64,000 bases of DNA from an uncultured Lentisphaerales bacterium (GCA_964417715.1 CAYQJG010000006.1:17420-81419); one strand, 5' to 3'. Shown: positions 10,462 through 21,332, counted from the first letter of the stretch. The notes: generated from the letters alone by a model not told the origin. Made by a program: numbers and translations.

Positions 10462-10735
10462 ATCGCTCACAGAGAATGAAACAAGGCTTTTGGAGGCCAA
10501 ATGGCCCTGCCGGCCACAATCCACAATGACCAGCGATACAAAAATGTCACGACTCGTTTCAGCCGCCGACATGAATGTCGTTGTTCAGCGCCCACTACCA
10601 TTTGGTACAAACGCGCAACCTCAAAACGCTGAAACAACATTCTTGTAGCTGGACGGCCGATCTGATAGCGTCAGCAAGCACGTACGATACCATGCCGTTT
10701 CGACTTGTCCACATCGCATTGCAGGGGGGACCTCC

Positions 10736-12268
<1,533 letters not shown>

Positions 12269-12280
12269 GGTCCGGCACGG

Positions 12281-13219
12281 TCAGGCGTCTTTCAGCCCCA
12301 GCAAACGCAACGGGTTGGACCTGCCAATTCGGCGCAGGTCGGTCTCGCTGAGTCCGCTCCAGGAACGCAGCCATGTCAGGCAGTCGGCCATCGTCGCCGA
12401 CGACCCGGCCAGCGCGGTGCCGTGTTTCAGAGCCACGCGGCCGCCGGGTTCGCTGACAACCGTCTTCCCCTGCCAAACGTACTCACCAGGCGGCAGACCC
12501 GCAATCGACGCGGCATCGCTGGTCACGACGAAGCGTTCGATGCCCTTCGCACGCAGCGCTACGCGGACGAACTCCGGCGGAAGATGGTGCCCGTCCGTGA
12601 TGAACAAACCGGTCAGCCGGTCATCGGCCAGCTGCGTCCAGATCGGGTTGGGGTGACGCGGCAGCGTGTTGGGGATGCCGTTCCCCAGGTGCGTGCTGCA
12701 CATGGCCCCTGCGTCAACCGCGCGAGCAACGGCATCCTGATCGGCCAGGTGGTGCCCAAGCGAGACGACTACGCCCAACGCCGCCGCGCACCGGATAACG
12801 GCTTCGGCGCCGTCGAGCTCCGGTGCCAGAGTCAGGATCGCCACCCGTCCAGAGGCCCGTTTCATCCAGCGTTCGAGCAGAGGCACACTGGGTCGCTGCA
12901 ACAGGTCGGCCGAATGCGCCCCGCACGCGTCACGCGTCAGGAACGGTCCCTCCAGATGGATGCCCAGCAGGTGCGGTCGAATGTCCGGCTCATCCATCGC
13001 CGACGCCAGAACCGGCAGATTCTCCTCATACCGTTCCGGTGCGCACGAGACCAGCGTCGCGCAATAGGCCGCCGTTCCCCGTGCAACCAGTGCCCGGGTC
13101 GCCTGCCGCACATCGGCTACCGTCAAGCCTGGCGCCGAGAAATCCACACCGGCGAACCCGTTGACCTGCAGGTCGACCCATCCATCGGGCACGCTGCTCA
13201 ACCGCGGCGGCGCGATCAT
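12281..13219 (-). CDS. NagA-like amidohydrolase (N-acetylglucosamine-6-phosphate deacetylase family), short form
   Basis: 'GWVDLQVNGFAGVDF' resembles the E. coli NagA 'GFIDVQLNGCGGVQF' metal-site strand, but sits at residue ~15 instead of ~55. The start overlaps the upstream stop. Confidence 0.6.
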   Translation of the reverse strand: MIAPPRLSSVPDGWVDLQVNGFAGVDFSAPGLTVADVRQATRALVARGTAAYCATLVSCAPERYEENLPVLASAMDEPDIRPHLLGIHLEGPFLTRDACGAHSADLLQRPSVPLLERWMKRASGRVAILTLAPELDGAEAVIRCAAALGVVVSLGHHLADQDAVARAVDAGAMCSTHLGNGIPNTLPRHPNPIWTQLADDRLTGLFITDGHHLPPEFVRVALRAKGIERFVVTSDAASIAGLPPGEYVWQGKTVVSEPGGRVALKHGTALAGSSATMADCLTWLRSWSGLSETDLRRIGRSNPLRLLGLKDA

Positions 13220-14592
13220 GCGACACCCCGCACAGACTCGTCGACTGCTTCCTCGAAGACGCCCACGGACTCCCGCAGCGCATCCTCATCGATGCTCAAC
13301 GGTGGCGCGATCTTGATGCATTCGCCTCCGATGCCGACAGGCGCGAACATCAGCAGACCCTTCTGGAAGCAGGCAATGTTGATCCGCAGAGCCAGCACAG
13401 GATCGGGGGTTCTGGTGCCCGGCTTGACGGCCTGGATACCAGCCACCAACCCCTTGCCCTGGAGACACCCGAGGACACGCGGGTACTTGCTCTGGATGCG
13501 CCTCAGTTCCGGGATGAACCACTCGCCCAGGCGCGCCGCGCGCTCAACCAGTCGTTCTTCCTGGATCACACGCAGGTTGGCCATCGCCGCCGCCACCGCC
13601 AACGGCGATGCTGAGTGCGTCGAGGTCATCGAACCCGCCGGGTACAGCCCCATGATGTCCGTACGACCGATCACCGCCGACAGCGGCAGCGTGGAACTGA
13701 TGCCCTTGCCGCACGCGATCAGGTCAGGGGTGATGCCGTAGTGCTCGAAACAGAACATGCGCCCCGTACGCCCGAACCCGGACTGCACCTCATCCATTAC
13801 CAGTACAATGTCATGCGCACGGCAGAAGGCTTCGAGCTTGCGCGCATAGTCGACCGGAATGAAGTCCGGTCCAACGCCCTGATAGCTCTCAACCATCACA
13901 CCGGCAATGTCGGCGGCCGCGATCCCTTTCTCATTCAGCGTCCGCAGGAAGAGGTCGAACGAAACGTCCTGGTTCTTGTAGCCATCAGGGAAGGGCACCT
14001 GCACGAAGGTCGGATCCACCTCGCCCATCCACTTCTTGAGGCGGGGCATGCCTCCAGCCAACTGGGCACCCATCGTCCGGCCATGGAACGCGTTGTTGAA
14101 CGAGACCAGGTACCTCTTTCTCGGCCCGTGTTTCTCGAGCGCATAGGTCTTGGCCAGCTTGATGCAGTTCTCCGTCGCCTCACTGCCGGTGCTGAGCAGA
14201 AACACCTGGTACCGGGCGGGGTCGGGTGAAATCGCGCGAAGCATGCGAGTCAACTCGGCCCGTCCTTCGTGCGGAAACACGTACGTGGCCAGCAGCGGCC
14301 GGTCCAGCGCTTCCTGTATGGCTCGCCGGATGGCAGGATGCCCGTGCCCGACATTGGCGATGAGCACACCCGAGGACCAGTCGATCCAGCGGTTGCCCCA
14401 CCTGTCGCAGACCGTGGCACCTTCAGCCCTGTGCCAGACAATCGGGGGCTGCCCCGACATGGAGCGCGGCTCGGACCGCCGCAACTCCTCGAACATGGGC
14501 AGCGACTCGGGCACCGGCAGCGGCGTCTGAATCGTGCGGAACGCCGTGCTGATGTGCGGAACGTTGATGGGCGTCAGATCATATTCAGCCAT
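13216..14592 (-). CDS. class-III (omega) PLP-dependent aminotransferase
   Basis: 'STGSEATENCIKLA', 'DEVQSGFGRTGRMF' and 'ACGKGISS' (PLP lysine region); length 458 aa. Confidence 0.85.
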   Translation of the reverse strand: MAEYDLTPINVPHISTAFRTIQTPLPVPESLPMFEELRRSEPRSMSGQPPIVWHRAEGATVCDRWGNRWIDWSSGVLIANVGHGHPAIRRAIQEALDRPLLATYVFPHEGRAELTRMLRAISPDPARYQVFLLSTGSEATENCIKLAKTYALEKHGPRKRYLVSFNNAFHGRTMGAQLAGGMPRLKKWMGEVDPTFVQVPFPDGYKNQDVSFDLFLRTLNEKGIAAADIAGVMVESYQGVGPDFIPVDYARKLEAFCRAHDIVLVMDEVQSGFGRTGRMFCFEHYGITPDLIACGKGISSTLPLSAVIGRTDIMGLYPAGSMTSTHSASPLAVAAAMANLRVIQEERLVERAARLGEWFIPELRRIQSKYPRVLGCLQGKGLVAGIQAVKPGTRTPDPVLALRINIACFQKGLLMFAPVGIGGECIKIAPPLSIDEDALRESVGVFEEAVDESVRGVA

Positions 14593-14594
14593 GG

Positions 14595-15866
14595 TTACCG
14601 TCTCCTTATCTCAACATGGGGGTTGTCGCCATACACAATGCTCACCCAATCGCCATCGGCCAGGATCGACAGGCGCGCCGCTTCCACGACCAGTTCGTTG
14701 ACTGAACTGTTGCCGGGTGTGGCGATGATGCCCGCCTGATCGACTTCGCGGATCAGCACGCGCCGTCGCTCGCGCGCCGCCTCCGCGGCCTGCCCGGCCG
14801 TCTCCGCCTCAATCCTGCGCATGGTCTCCAGACTCGCGGCCACCGAATCGTAGCCGTAGCCGACCGGCTTGTAGCCCGCACCCTCCCACGGCACCAGCCG
14901 GTAGAAATCCGGACTCACGTAGTTGTAGCGCGTGCCCCCGCACCCGATCCCCTTAAGGTAGCAGTGCTTGACCCCGCGGTCCTGGTCGTCATGCTCGATC
15001 ATCCCGGTGCGGCCCTCACCCTCGCAGTACATCAGCAGGCCCTGATCGTTGCTGCCGGCGGCATCATCCGGATAGCCCAGCCCATCGATAACCGAGAGCA
15101 CGGCACCGTTCTCGTACCGCACGCGTCCGTTGGCCCACATGTACCCTTCCTTGCCATTTGGGAAGGCCCGCTTCACGCCGGACACGGATACGGATACCGG
15201 CTTGAGTCCGGTGATGAACGAAACGAGATCCACGTAATGGCATCCGACATAGACAAATGGATCGGTCTTGTCGCAGGTGAACCAGTTCTGGAAGTTGGAA
15301 TGGCGGTAGTAGTAGGGCTCGATCATCCTGGCCTCACCCATGACAAACTCGCCGAAGTGCCCCAGCCGATACTGCCTCCGCGCCATCAGCGACCGGCGGT
15401 CAAACCGCTTGTGGTACTCCACCCCGACAAACAGGCCGCGATCCGCCGCCAGCCGTTCGATCTCGACCGCCTGGACGTATCTCAGCACCAGCGGCTTGAC
15501 GCACAACACATGCTGGTCGTGCAGCAGGCACGCCTTGACGATGTCGTAATGGAACTGGTCCGGCACCGCCACGATCGCCGCCTGACGCGGCCGCGCCGCG
15601 GCCAGAACATCACGGTAGAGGTCAGGAAACATCCGCTCACTCGGCTCAGAGAGCGCGGGATACGCATCGAACGCCTGCGCCGGGAACGCCTCGGCCAGTT
15701 CGGCACTCTCGGCCAGTGTCTTCAGGGGCGCCGAATTCAAAGCGCAGACCCCGATGCGCCCTACGGCGCCGGTGCGCTGCAGGTGGTACACCGACGGGAG
15801 GATCAGGTCTTGCGTGATCATCCCGCCACCAACAATCAACACATCCATCGGCTTACTCTCGTGCAT
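14595..15866 (-). CDS. Gfo/Idh/MocA-family NAD(P)-dependent oxidoreductase
   Basis: ATG at 15866 is preceded by AGGAGG; the track ORF begins 39 nt further up and overlaps lacI. Rossmann 'VLIVGGGMI' and a long C-terminal alpha/beta domain. Confidence 0.8.
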   Translation of the reverse strand: MHESKPMDVLIVGGGMITQDLILPSVYHLQRTGAVGRIGVCALNSAPLKTLAESAELAEAFPAQAFDAYPALSEPSERMFPDLYRDVLAAARPRQAAIVAVPDQFHYDIVKACLLHDQHVLCVKPLVLRYVQAVEIERLAADRGLFVGVEYHKRFDRRSLMARRQYRLGHFGEFVMGEARMIEPYYYRHSNFQNWFTCDKTDPFVYVGCHYVDLVSFITGLKPVSVSVSGVKRAFPNGKEGYMWANGRVRYENGAVLSVIDGLGYPDDAAGSNDQGLLMYCEGEGRTGMIEHDDQDRGVKHCYLKGIGCGGTRYNYVSPDFYRLVPWEGAGYKPVGYGYDSVAASLETMRRIEAETAGQAAEAARERRRVLIREVDQAGIIATPGNSSVNELVVEAARLSILADGDWVSIVYGDNPHVEIRRR

Positions 15867-15894
15867 GTTTCCTCCTGTGTGTGCGCTCATCTGC

Positions 15895-16932
15895 TTAGGC
15901 GACAATCACGTCACCTTTTCGCGGCGGCGCGCAGGACTCGCGCACCACCAACTCGGGAGCCACGACGATGCGGCCCCGTTCGACCTCTCCCGCAGGTTGT
16001 TCCGCCTGCCGGGTCACCCGCTCAAAGGCATTCCTCACCAGCGTCGCCACGGGATGACGAACCGTGGTCAGCGCGGGGATGGTCAGGCGAGCCGACGGGA
16101 TATCGTCGATGCCCGCAAGGGAGACATCCGCAGGCACGCGGATGCCATGCTCATAGAGCGCACGAAGGACGGTCTGCGCCATGACGTCGTCCGCTGCAAT
16201 GAAGGCCGTGGGGCCACCCGGCACGGCGACGGGCAGACCGCACGCCAGCAGCGTGCGTGCGTCGGCAGCCGTAACGCGCACAAACCAGTCATCCCGCCGA
16301 GTCAGCCCGCTCCGGCGCAGCAGGTCGCGCAACAGGCGTTCGCGTCTCATGTGCGGCAGCGACGCATCGCCCACAAAACCGACACGGCGGTGCCCCAGGT
16401 CGATGAGGTGGCGCAGGATCTCGGTCAGCCCCACGACCTCATCGACGACCACCTGCTCCACCCCTTTGAGCGTCTTCCCGGTGCCGATCTGTACAACCGG
16501 CTTGCCTTCGTCCAGGAACGCCCGTGCGGCGGACGGACAGTAGTCACTGCCACAGACAACCAGGCCGTCGAGCTCAAACTTGCGCAGAATGGTCTCATCC
16601 CCGGTGACGGACTCGCTCCCGCTCCAGCCGGCCAGGAGAAGCGCGTAGTGCTTCTCGCGCGCAAAACCCTGCAGTTCTCCGATCATGTGCCCGAAGAAGG
16701 GGTCGGCGAAACTCTTGATGATCACGCCCAGCGTATGGGCTGCAGCCCCTTTCAGCGTGCGGGCCGCTGCGTTGGGGCGATAGTCCCACGCGACGGCGGA
16801 GCGGCGGATCCTCTCAACCGTCGCGGGAGAGGCCTGGATCGCGTCAGCGGTCCCGGACAAGGCACGCGACACCATCGCCTGCGATACATTCAGGCGCAGG
16901 GCCATCTCCTTCTGTGTCAGGCGACCTTTCAT
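15895..16932 (-). CDS. LacI-family transcriptional regulator
   Basis: N-terminal HTH 'LNVSQAMVSRALSG' followed by a periplasmic-binding-protein-like sugar-binding core. Confidence 0.9.
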   Translation of the reverse strand: MKGRLTQKEMALRLNVSQAMVSRALSGTADAIQASPATVERIRRSAVAWDYRPNAAARTLKGAAAHTLGVIIKSFADPFFGHMIGELQGFAREKHYALLLAGWSGSESVTGDETILRKFELDGLVVCGSDYCPSAARAFLDEGKPVVQIGTGKTLKGVEQVVVDEVVGLTEILRHLIDLGHRRVGFVGDASLPHMRRERLLRDLLRRSGLTRRDDWFVRVTAADARTLLACGLPVAVPGGPTAFIAADDVMAQTVLRALYEHGIRVPADVSLAGIDDIPSARLTIPALTTVRHPVATLVRNAFERVTRQAEQPAGEVERGRIVVAPELVVRESCAPPRKGDVIVA

Positions 16933-16992
16933 GGAGCGGCGTCATTCACGCACATTCCACGCACCCAGTCAACCTCATTCGTATGAGGGTGC

Positions 16993-17892
16993 CTATTGTT
17001 GCCCTATCACACAGTCGCCCTTGATCGCCATGACCCGCTCGCCCACCTTCACCATGCCATCGGGAGACTTGCCCCACACGCCGCCGGAACTCACGGAAGG
17101 ATGCGACCGATCCTTCCTGACGACCGTCAGCACGACGAGGAAGGAACCATCCGCACTCTGGAGATGAATGAAGCGGTTGCTGTGTGTGAGGAATCTGGAG
17201 CCGCGCGGTCGCGTGCCAGTTGCGAACTTCAGGTCGCCCGCCGGATACAGCACGGTCCCTTTCATCGTGGCACCGTTACGCGCGCTCACCATGAAGGTGT
17301 TGCCCTGGGTTGTGAACGTGTTCTCCTCCAACGAACACATCTGCCAGAACACACCGTTATCGGATGTGTCGCAGATCACGTATGTGGCGTCAGCACCGGT
17401 TGCCCCGCCAAAGTCCGCGATGAACCGTCGCGTGTGGTTGAGCACGCCGACGTTGCTCAGGCTGATGCCGGCGACCACGCTCCCGCTGCCGTCACTCTTG
17501 ATAACCGGTGTTCCCATGATCTTCCCCGTCCGCCCGCTCGTCCTGATCCGGGCATCGGGGTCGCCGGGGTGGTACAGGATGGAGTAGATTGTCCCGCCCC
17601 GGGCCGCATCAAAGCTCTTGTCCCCCCTTGCTCCCCAGAACCGGTCATAGACGTAGACCAGTCCCGGCTGGATGACGGGCGGACAGAAGTCGAACGCCTG
17701 ACCATAGGTCCCCTCGCCCGCAGTGCCGGCGTTGTCGTCGCCAAAATCGGGCCGAATCAGGCCGACCGACGACCGCACCGTAGCGGCATAGCACGTCCAG
17801 AGCATCCACGTTGCGGCGGCGTTCTTGCGGATGTCCTTGTCAGGAAACCTGCGCGCCATCGCGATTGCGAATGGACCCACGTCGTTTCCCAC
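16993..17892 (-). CDS. heparinase II/III-like C-terminal (beta-sandwich) fragment
   Basis: Same frame as ORF 18046..19842, with no stop in the 153 nt between them. The predicted GTG start sits inside a 'GNDVGPF' segment resembling the family HNDxGSF motif. Confidence 0.55.
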   Translation of the reverse strand: MGNDVGPFAIAMARRFPDKDIRKNAAATWMLWTCYAATVRSSVGLIRPDFGDDNAGTAGEGTYGQAFDFCPPVIQPGLVYVYDRFWGARGDKSFDAARGGTIYSILYHPGDPDARIRTSGRTGKIMGTPVIKSDGSGSVVAGISLSNVGVLNHTRRFIADFGGATGADATYVICDTSDNGVFWQMCSLEENTFTTQGNTFMVSARNGATMKGTVLYPAGDLKFATGTRPRGSRFLTHSNRFIHLQSADGSFLVVLTVVRKDRSHPSVSSGGVWGKSPDGMVKVGERVMAIKGDCVIGQQ

Positions 17893-18045
17893 CGGGAAGA
17901 ACGTGTAGCCGAGCCCCTCCGCGTTCCATCCGCGGGTCTGCGCCGCCCCGCCGGCATTTGCCGTATACCACCGCTCGACCCTGGCGTAGCAGAGGTCAAT
18001 CGCCGCAGGCTCCTCGCCCTCATGGCCAGCACGATGCGGCGGTGG

Positions 18046-19842
18046 CTAAGACCCATTTCCATGCCGTTTCCCCGCATCGCCTGCGGAGCGGTCGGATCCT
18101 TCGAACGCGCCGAGCCGCGCGCGTTCGCCTTCCCACGCATGGAGCAGCGTCCCCCATCCGATCCGGCTGAAACCTTCGGGGCGGTGCGTTTCGAGCACCG
18201 AGACGCTGCGTGGCATGGGCATCCCCAGACGACCCAACCAGTGTCGCACGGGGAGCTCATACATCGGCCAGACGGACCCCACCTCTCTTGCCGGAACCTG
18301 CAGCGGCCAGTCATCCAGTCGCCCCATCGCGAACGGACCGTGCAGTTCGACAACTGTCCGCAGGCGGTGTTGCCGTTCCGAGTAGAGGTCGATTCCCTGC
18401 CTGAAGGCCAGTTCGCAGGTGGCAACCATGGGCGCAATACCCATCTGAGCATGCACGAGATCGCGACCGGTCTCGGAGGTGCAGCCACTCGGCGACGTAT
18501 AGCGCTCGAGCAACCAACGGTAGCGCGCAACGGCCAGATCGAACCAATCGCCACGCTGGCAAAATACGGCAATGCATGCCTCCAGATGGTTGGCCCAGGT
18601 CATCCAGTTGTTCTCGTGAAGATCGGTCACGGCGATGGGGCGCACGACCTCTGCCAGACAACGGCACAGCGCCGCATCGGTCGCCGCATCCAGGCGGCCG
18701 CATGCCCGCAGCAGATCAGCGGCCCACACCATTGCCGGCCAGCAGTACGACGTGGAGAGGTGCCCGCCGGTGTCGGCGATGCCGGTGAACGTCGTCGCCC
18801 AGGCGTGAAGAATGCGCGCTGCGGCAAGGGCATGCCCATCTCCATGGCCAAGCGCGTCGAGCAACGCGTTGCCCCAGGCCGCCTCACAATCCTCCTTCAG
18901 ATCGCGCACGGCGCCGGGTTCGCTCCAGTGGATAAAGTGCGGCCGCGCATGAGGTCGCGGCTGCCAGACGCGCCATACATCCGCGCGGTCACGCAGCAGC
19001 GCCCACGCCCGCTCCCAGTCGCCGCCTGTGGCGATCCGGTCCCGGGCGGCGGCGATGTCCTCGGCACCGACGATCAGACCAGGTGAAACAAACCGGCGGA
19101 AACGAACCGGCGGATCCACCCGCCACTCGCCCCACAGGTCATCCGTGCGGCCATCATCGGCGCGACTCCAGCGCCCGCGCAACAGGCGTCCGCGCCTCTC
19201 GGCATCAACATGGATCTCGATGCGCCGCGCGCCGGCGGCCTGCCCGTCCACGGCCGGATGGCTCACCACGACGGTCGCCTTCAGGCGCGTTCCATCCCAG
19301 TCGCACGCCGTTACCTCGGCATCGGCCAGCGGCCAGTTCTCGTGCAACGTGACCGCGCGGCCCAATGTCACGGCTTCGGGTGTGGCGGGAAGTTCAAGAC
19401 GCAGATCGCGAAAGTCCCTGCGGCCGTCGGAGAGCGCTTGCTGACAAACCAAACGCAGCACGCCAGTTCCCGTCACGGGCTCCGGCATCTTCTCCGCGCC
19501 GCCACCCCGTGCGGCGCCGCCAACCGTGCCGCGCCAACCGCCGTACGCGGATCGCATCTCGACGAAGAGCGTCGCCTGGATCGGCGCCGGAGGCCACCAG
19601 GCATCGGGACTCACGACCAAGTCGAGTTCCCAGTTCTCCAGACACGCCTCGACATGATGCGAGCGCACGCATACGTCGTGCGTCGCCTTGTTGAGACGCA
19701 CACCCCGCGCCCAACCTGACATCCCCTCGAGATGGATCTCCAGATCCGCAGCGATTTCGCCCACTGGCACAACGTCTCGCAGCAGGATGCATGTGGAGTT
19801 GGCCCGACCGGCCAAAGCGACTATCGCCCTTCTCTCACCCAT
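18046..19842 (-). CDS. alginate-lyase/heparinase-family N-terminal (alpha/alpha toroid) fragment ending at an in-frame TAG
   Basis: 'LHENNWMTWANH' and 'ILHAWATTF' resemble the alginate-lyase domain. There is no signal peptide. The stop is TAG at 18046-18048. Confidence 0.6.
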   Translation of the reverse strand: MGERRAIVALAGRANSTCILLRDVVPVGEIAADLEIHLEGMSGWARGVRLNKATHDVCVRSHHVEACLENWELDLVVSPDAWWPPAPIQATLFVEMRSAYGGWRGTVGGAARGGGAEKMPEPVTGTGVLRLVCQQALSDGRRDFRDLRLELPATPEAVTLGRAVTLHENWPLADAEVTACDWDGTRLKATVVVSHPAVDGQAAGARRIEIHVDAERRGRLLRGRWSRADDGRTDDLWGEWRVDPPVRFRRFVSPGLIVGAEDIAAARDRIATGGDWERAWALLRDRADVWRVWQPRPHARPHFIHWSEPGAVRDLKEDCEAAWGNALLDALGHGDGHALAAARILHAWATTFTGIADTGGHLSTSYCWPAMVWAADLLRACGRLDAATDAALCRCLAEVVRPIAVTDLHENNWMTWANHLEACIAVFCQRGDWFDLAVARYRWLLERYTSPSGCTSETGRDLVHAQMGIAPMVATCELAFRQGIDLYSERQHRLRTVVELHGPFAMGRLDDWPLQVPAREVGSVWPMYELPVRHWLGRLGMPMPRSVSVLETHRPEGFSRIGWGTLLHAWEGERARLGAFEGSDRSAGDAGKRHGNGS

Positions 19843-20008
19843 CGGGCATTCCCCCTCGTTTGGATGGCAGATTTCAGAATACAGCAGTCAGTGGCCGGAG
19901 TGCAGACGAAACTCACCCGCAGTGTCTCAGCGAACTGTGAAGGCGAGGCCGACCTCCGATTCAGCAGAGAGGATGCTTGTTCGGTGACACGCGGCGTCTA
20001 CAGTCGCG

Positions 20009-21190
20009 CTAGCCCCCGAGTTCGATGCAGCGTCTGCGATAATGCAGGTAGTTGGCGTAACTGACGTCGTCGGGCACGCCATGGTCACAGGTGGGAATGT
20101 AGCCGCCGCGCGCGCGCATCGCCGGCAGTATCCGGTCCACCATACGGTCGATGTCACGCGGTGTCTGCGCCAGCACACGCTTGTCGATGCCGCCCAACAT
20201 GACGAGGTCCGGGTACGCCCGGCCCGTGGCGACCACATCACAGCCGCTCGCGACCTCGAACGGGCTCATCACATCCATGGCGATGCCCTCGCGGTAGATC
20301 GGAATGACCGGATCGGCGAAGCCATCGGTGTCGATCTGGACGTACAGGTGACGGTTGCGGTCGAGCTGACGCGTCTTCAGCCCAGCGATCACCTGCTGGT
20401 AGTAAGGCAGGAGGAACGTCTGCATCATCTCCGGCGAAATCAGCGATCCATGGTTGTAGCAGATGTCCTCGGCGAAGAAAATCTCGTCGATTGTCACGTG
20501 CTGCTGGTGGCGGGCAATCACGGCATCGGCCAGCGCCAGCCATGTCTGCATGCAGTCATGAACTACATCGGGCATGTCGTAGACAGCATAGAGCAGGGCC
20601 TCAGGGCCGAGCAGACTGCGCAGGTACATGTACCCGCCAATCAGGTTCTGGGTGATCATCCGTCCCTCGGCAGACGCCGCGCGCGCCACGGCCATGCGGC
20701 TGTCGAGATCGGCGTAGCGTGCGGGCGCGCATGGGTCCATCCGCCACTTGACGTTCTCGGTCCACGTGCGCATGTCCTTGACAGGATGGTCGACGTACTC
20801 GGGCATGAAACCGTGGCGCCGCCCCTTGAAGAACAGCACGTGGCGTCCGGCGTGGTCCTGCACCAACTCCGTATCGCCGCGGTCCTCCAGCACACGCGTC
20901 TCAAAGACGGGCGCAAATGCCGCTTCGCACCAGCCCAACTGCCCGAGTGAGTGGCCGCCCGGCGGGTCGAAGCCGAACAACTCGGCATGCGGCACGTCGG
21001 CGGGCATCCCTTCCTGCTGCCAGCGCGCCAGTGCCTCCTGCCAGATGTAGAACTCACGGCGATAGAGGGGCGCCCCCGGCACGCGCGCGTAGGCATCACG
21101 CAACCGGCGGGCGCCGGCGCACATCCGCTCGCGCGGAACCATGCCGTGCACACCATCCGCAAAGGGCGTCGTGACCGTCGTCATACTCAT
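20009..21190 (-). CDS. uroporphyrinogen decarboxylase (URO-D) family protein, MtaA/CmuA-like, function unknown
   Basis: The C-terminal half ('FAEDICYNHGSLISPEMM', 'GGIDKRVL', 'IPTCDHGVP') resembles the URO-D fold. The start is uncertain: ATGs at 21247, 21202, 21190 and 21184. I chose 21190 because GGAG lies 6 nt upstream. Confidence 0.6.
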   Translation of the reverse strand: MSMTTVTTPFADGVHGMVPRERMCAGARRLRDAYARVPGAPLYRREFYIWQEALARWQQEGMPADVPHAELFGFDPPGGHSLGQLGWCEAAFAPVFETRVLEDRGDTELVQDHAGRHVLFFKGRRHGFMPEYVDHPVKDMRTWTENVKWRMDPCAPARYADLDSRMAVARAASAEGRMITQNLIGGYMYLRSLLGPEALLYAVYDMPDVVHDCMQTWLALADAVIARHQQHVTIDEIFFAEDICYNHGSLISPEMMQTFLLPYYQQVIAGLKTRQLDRNRHLYVQIDTDGFADPVIPIYREGIAMDVMSPFEVASGCDVVATGRAYPDLVMLGGIDKRVLAQTPRDIDRMVDRILPAMRARGGYIPTCDHGVPDDVSYANYLHYRRRCIELGG

Positions 21191-21332
21191 TTCGGACTCC
21201 ATCCAGCACCGCAGGCGCGTCCGCGGGGTTTGCGGAAGTGCTGCCAATGCGTTGATATGCAGTCATACTAGGTCTGACGGTGCGCGATGGGAATGGACGA
21301 AACGGCGATCAGGATATATATTCCGGCAATTG

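Larger units (their letters stand above)
16993..19842 (-). pseudogene. possible single ~950-codon polysaccharide-lyase-like gene interrupted by one TAG
   Basis: My hand translation across 17893..18045 is open and in frame with both flanking ORFs. The two domains normally occur together in one polypeptide. Confidence 0.45.

Noticed and set aside
16973-16988. Palindrome CCTCAT-TCGT-ATGAGG between the lyase-like stop and lacI, considered as a LacI operator or terminator.
   Set aside because: It has only 6-bp arms and no U-tract. It does not resemble typical 14-20 bp LacI-family operators with a central CG. Evidence is too weak.
18046-18048. TAG decoded as pyrrolysine or another recoding event.
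   Set aside because: There are no pyl genes or recoding signals in the window. Nonsense mutation or sequencing error is the more parsimonious reading. I mention recoding only as a possibility in the finding.
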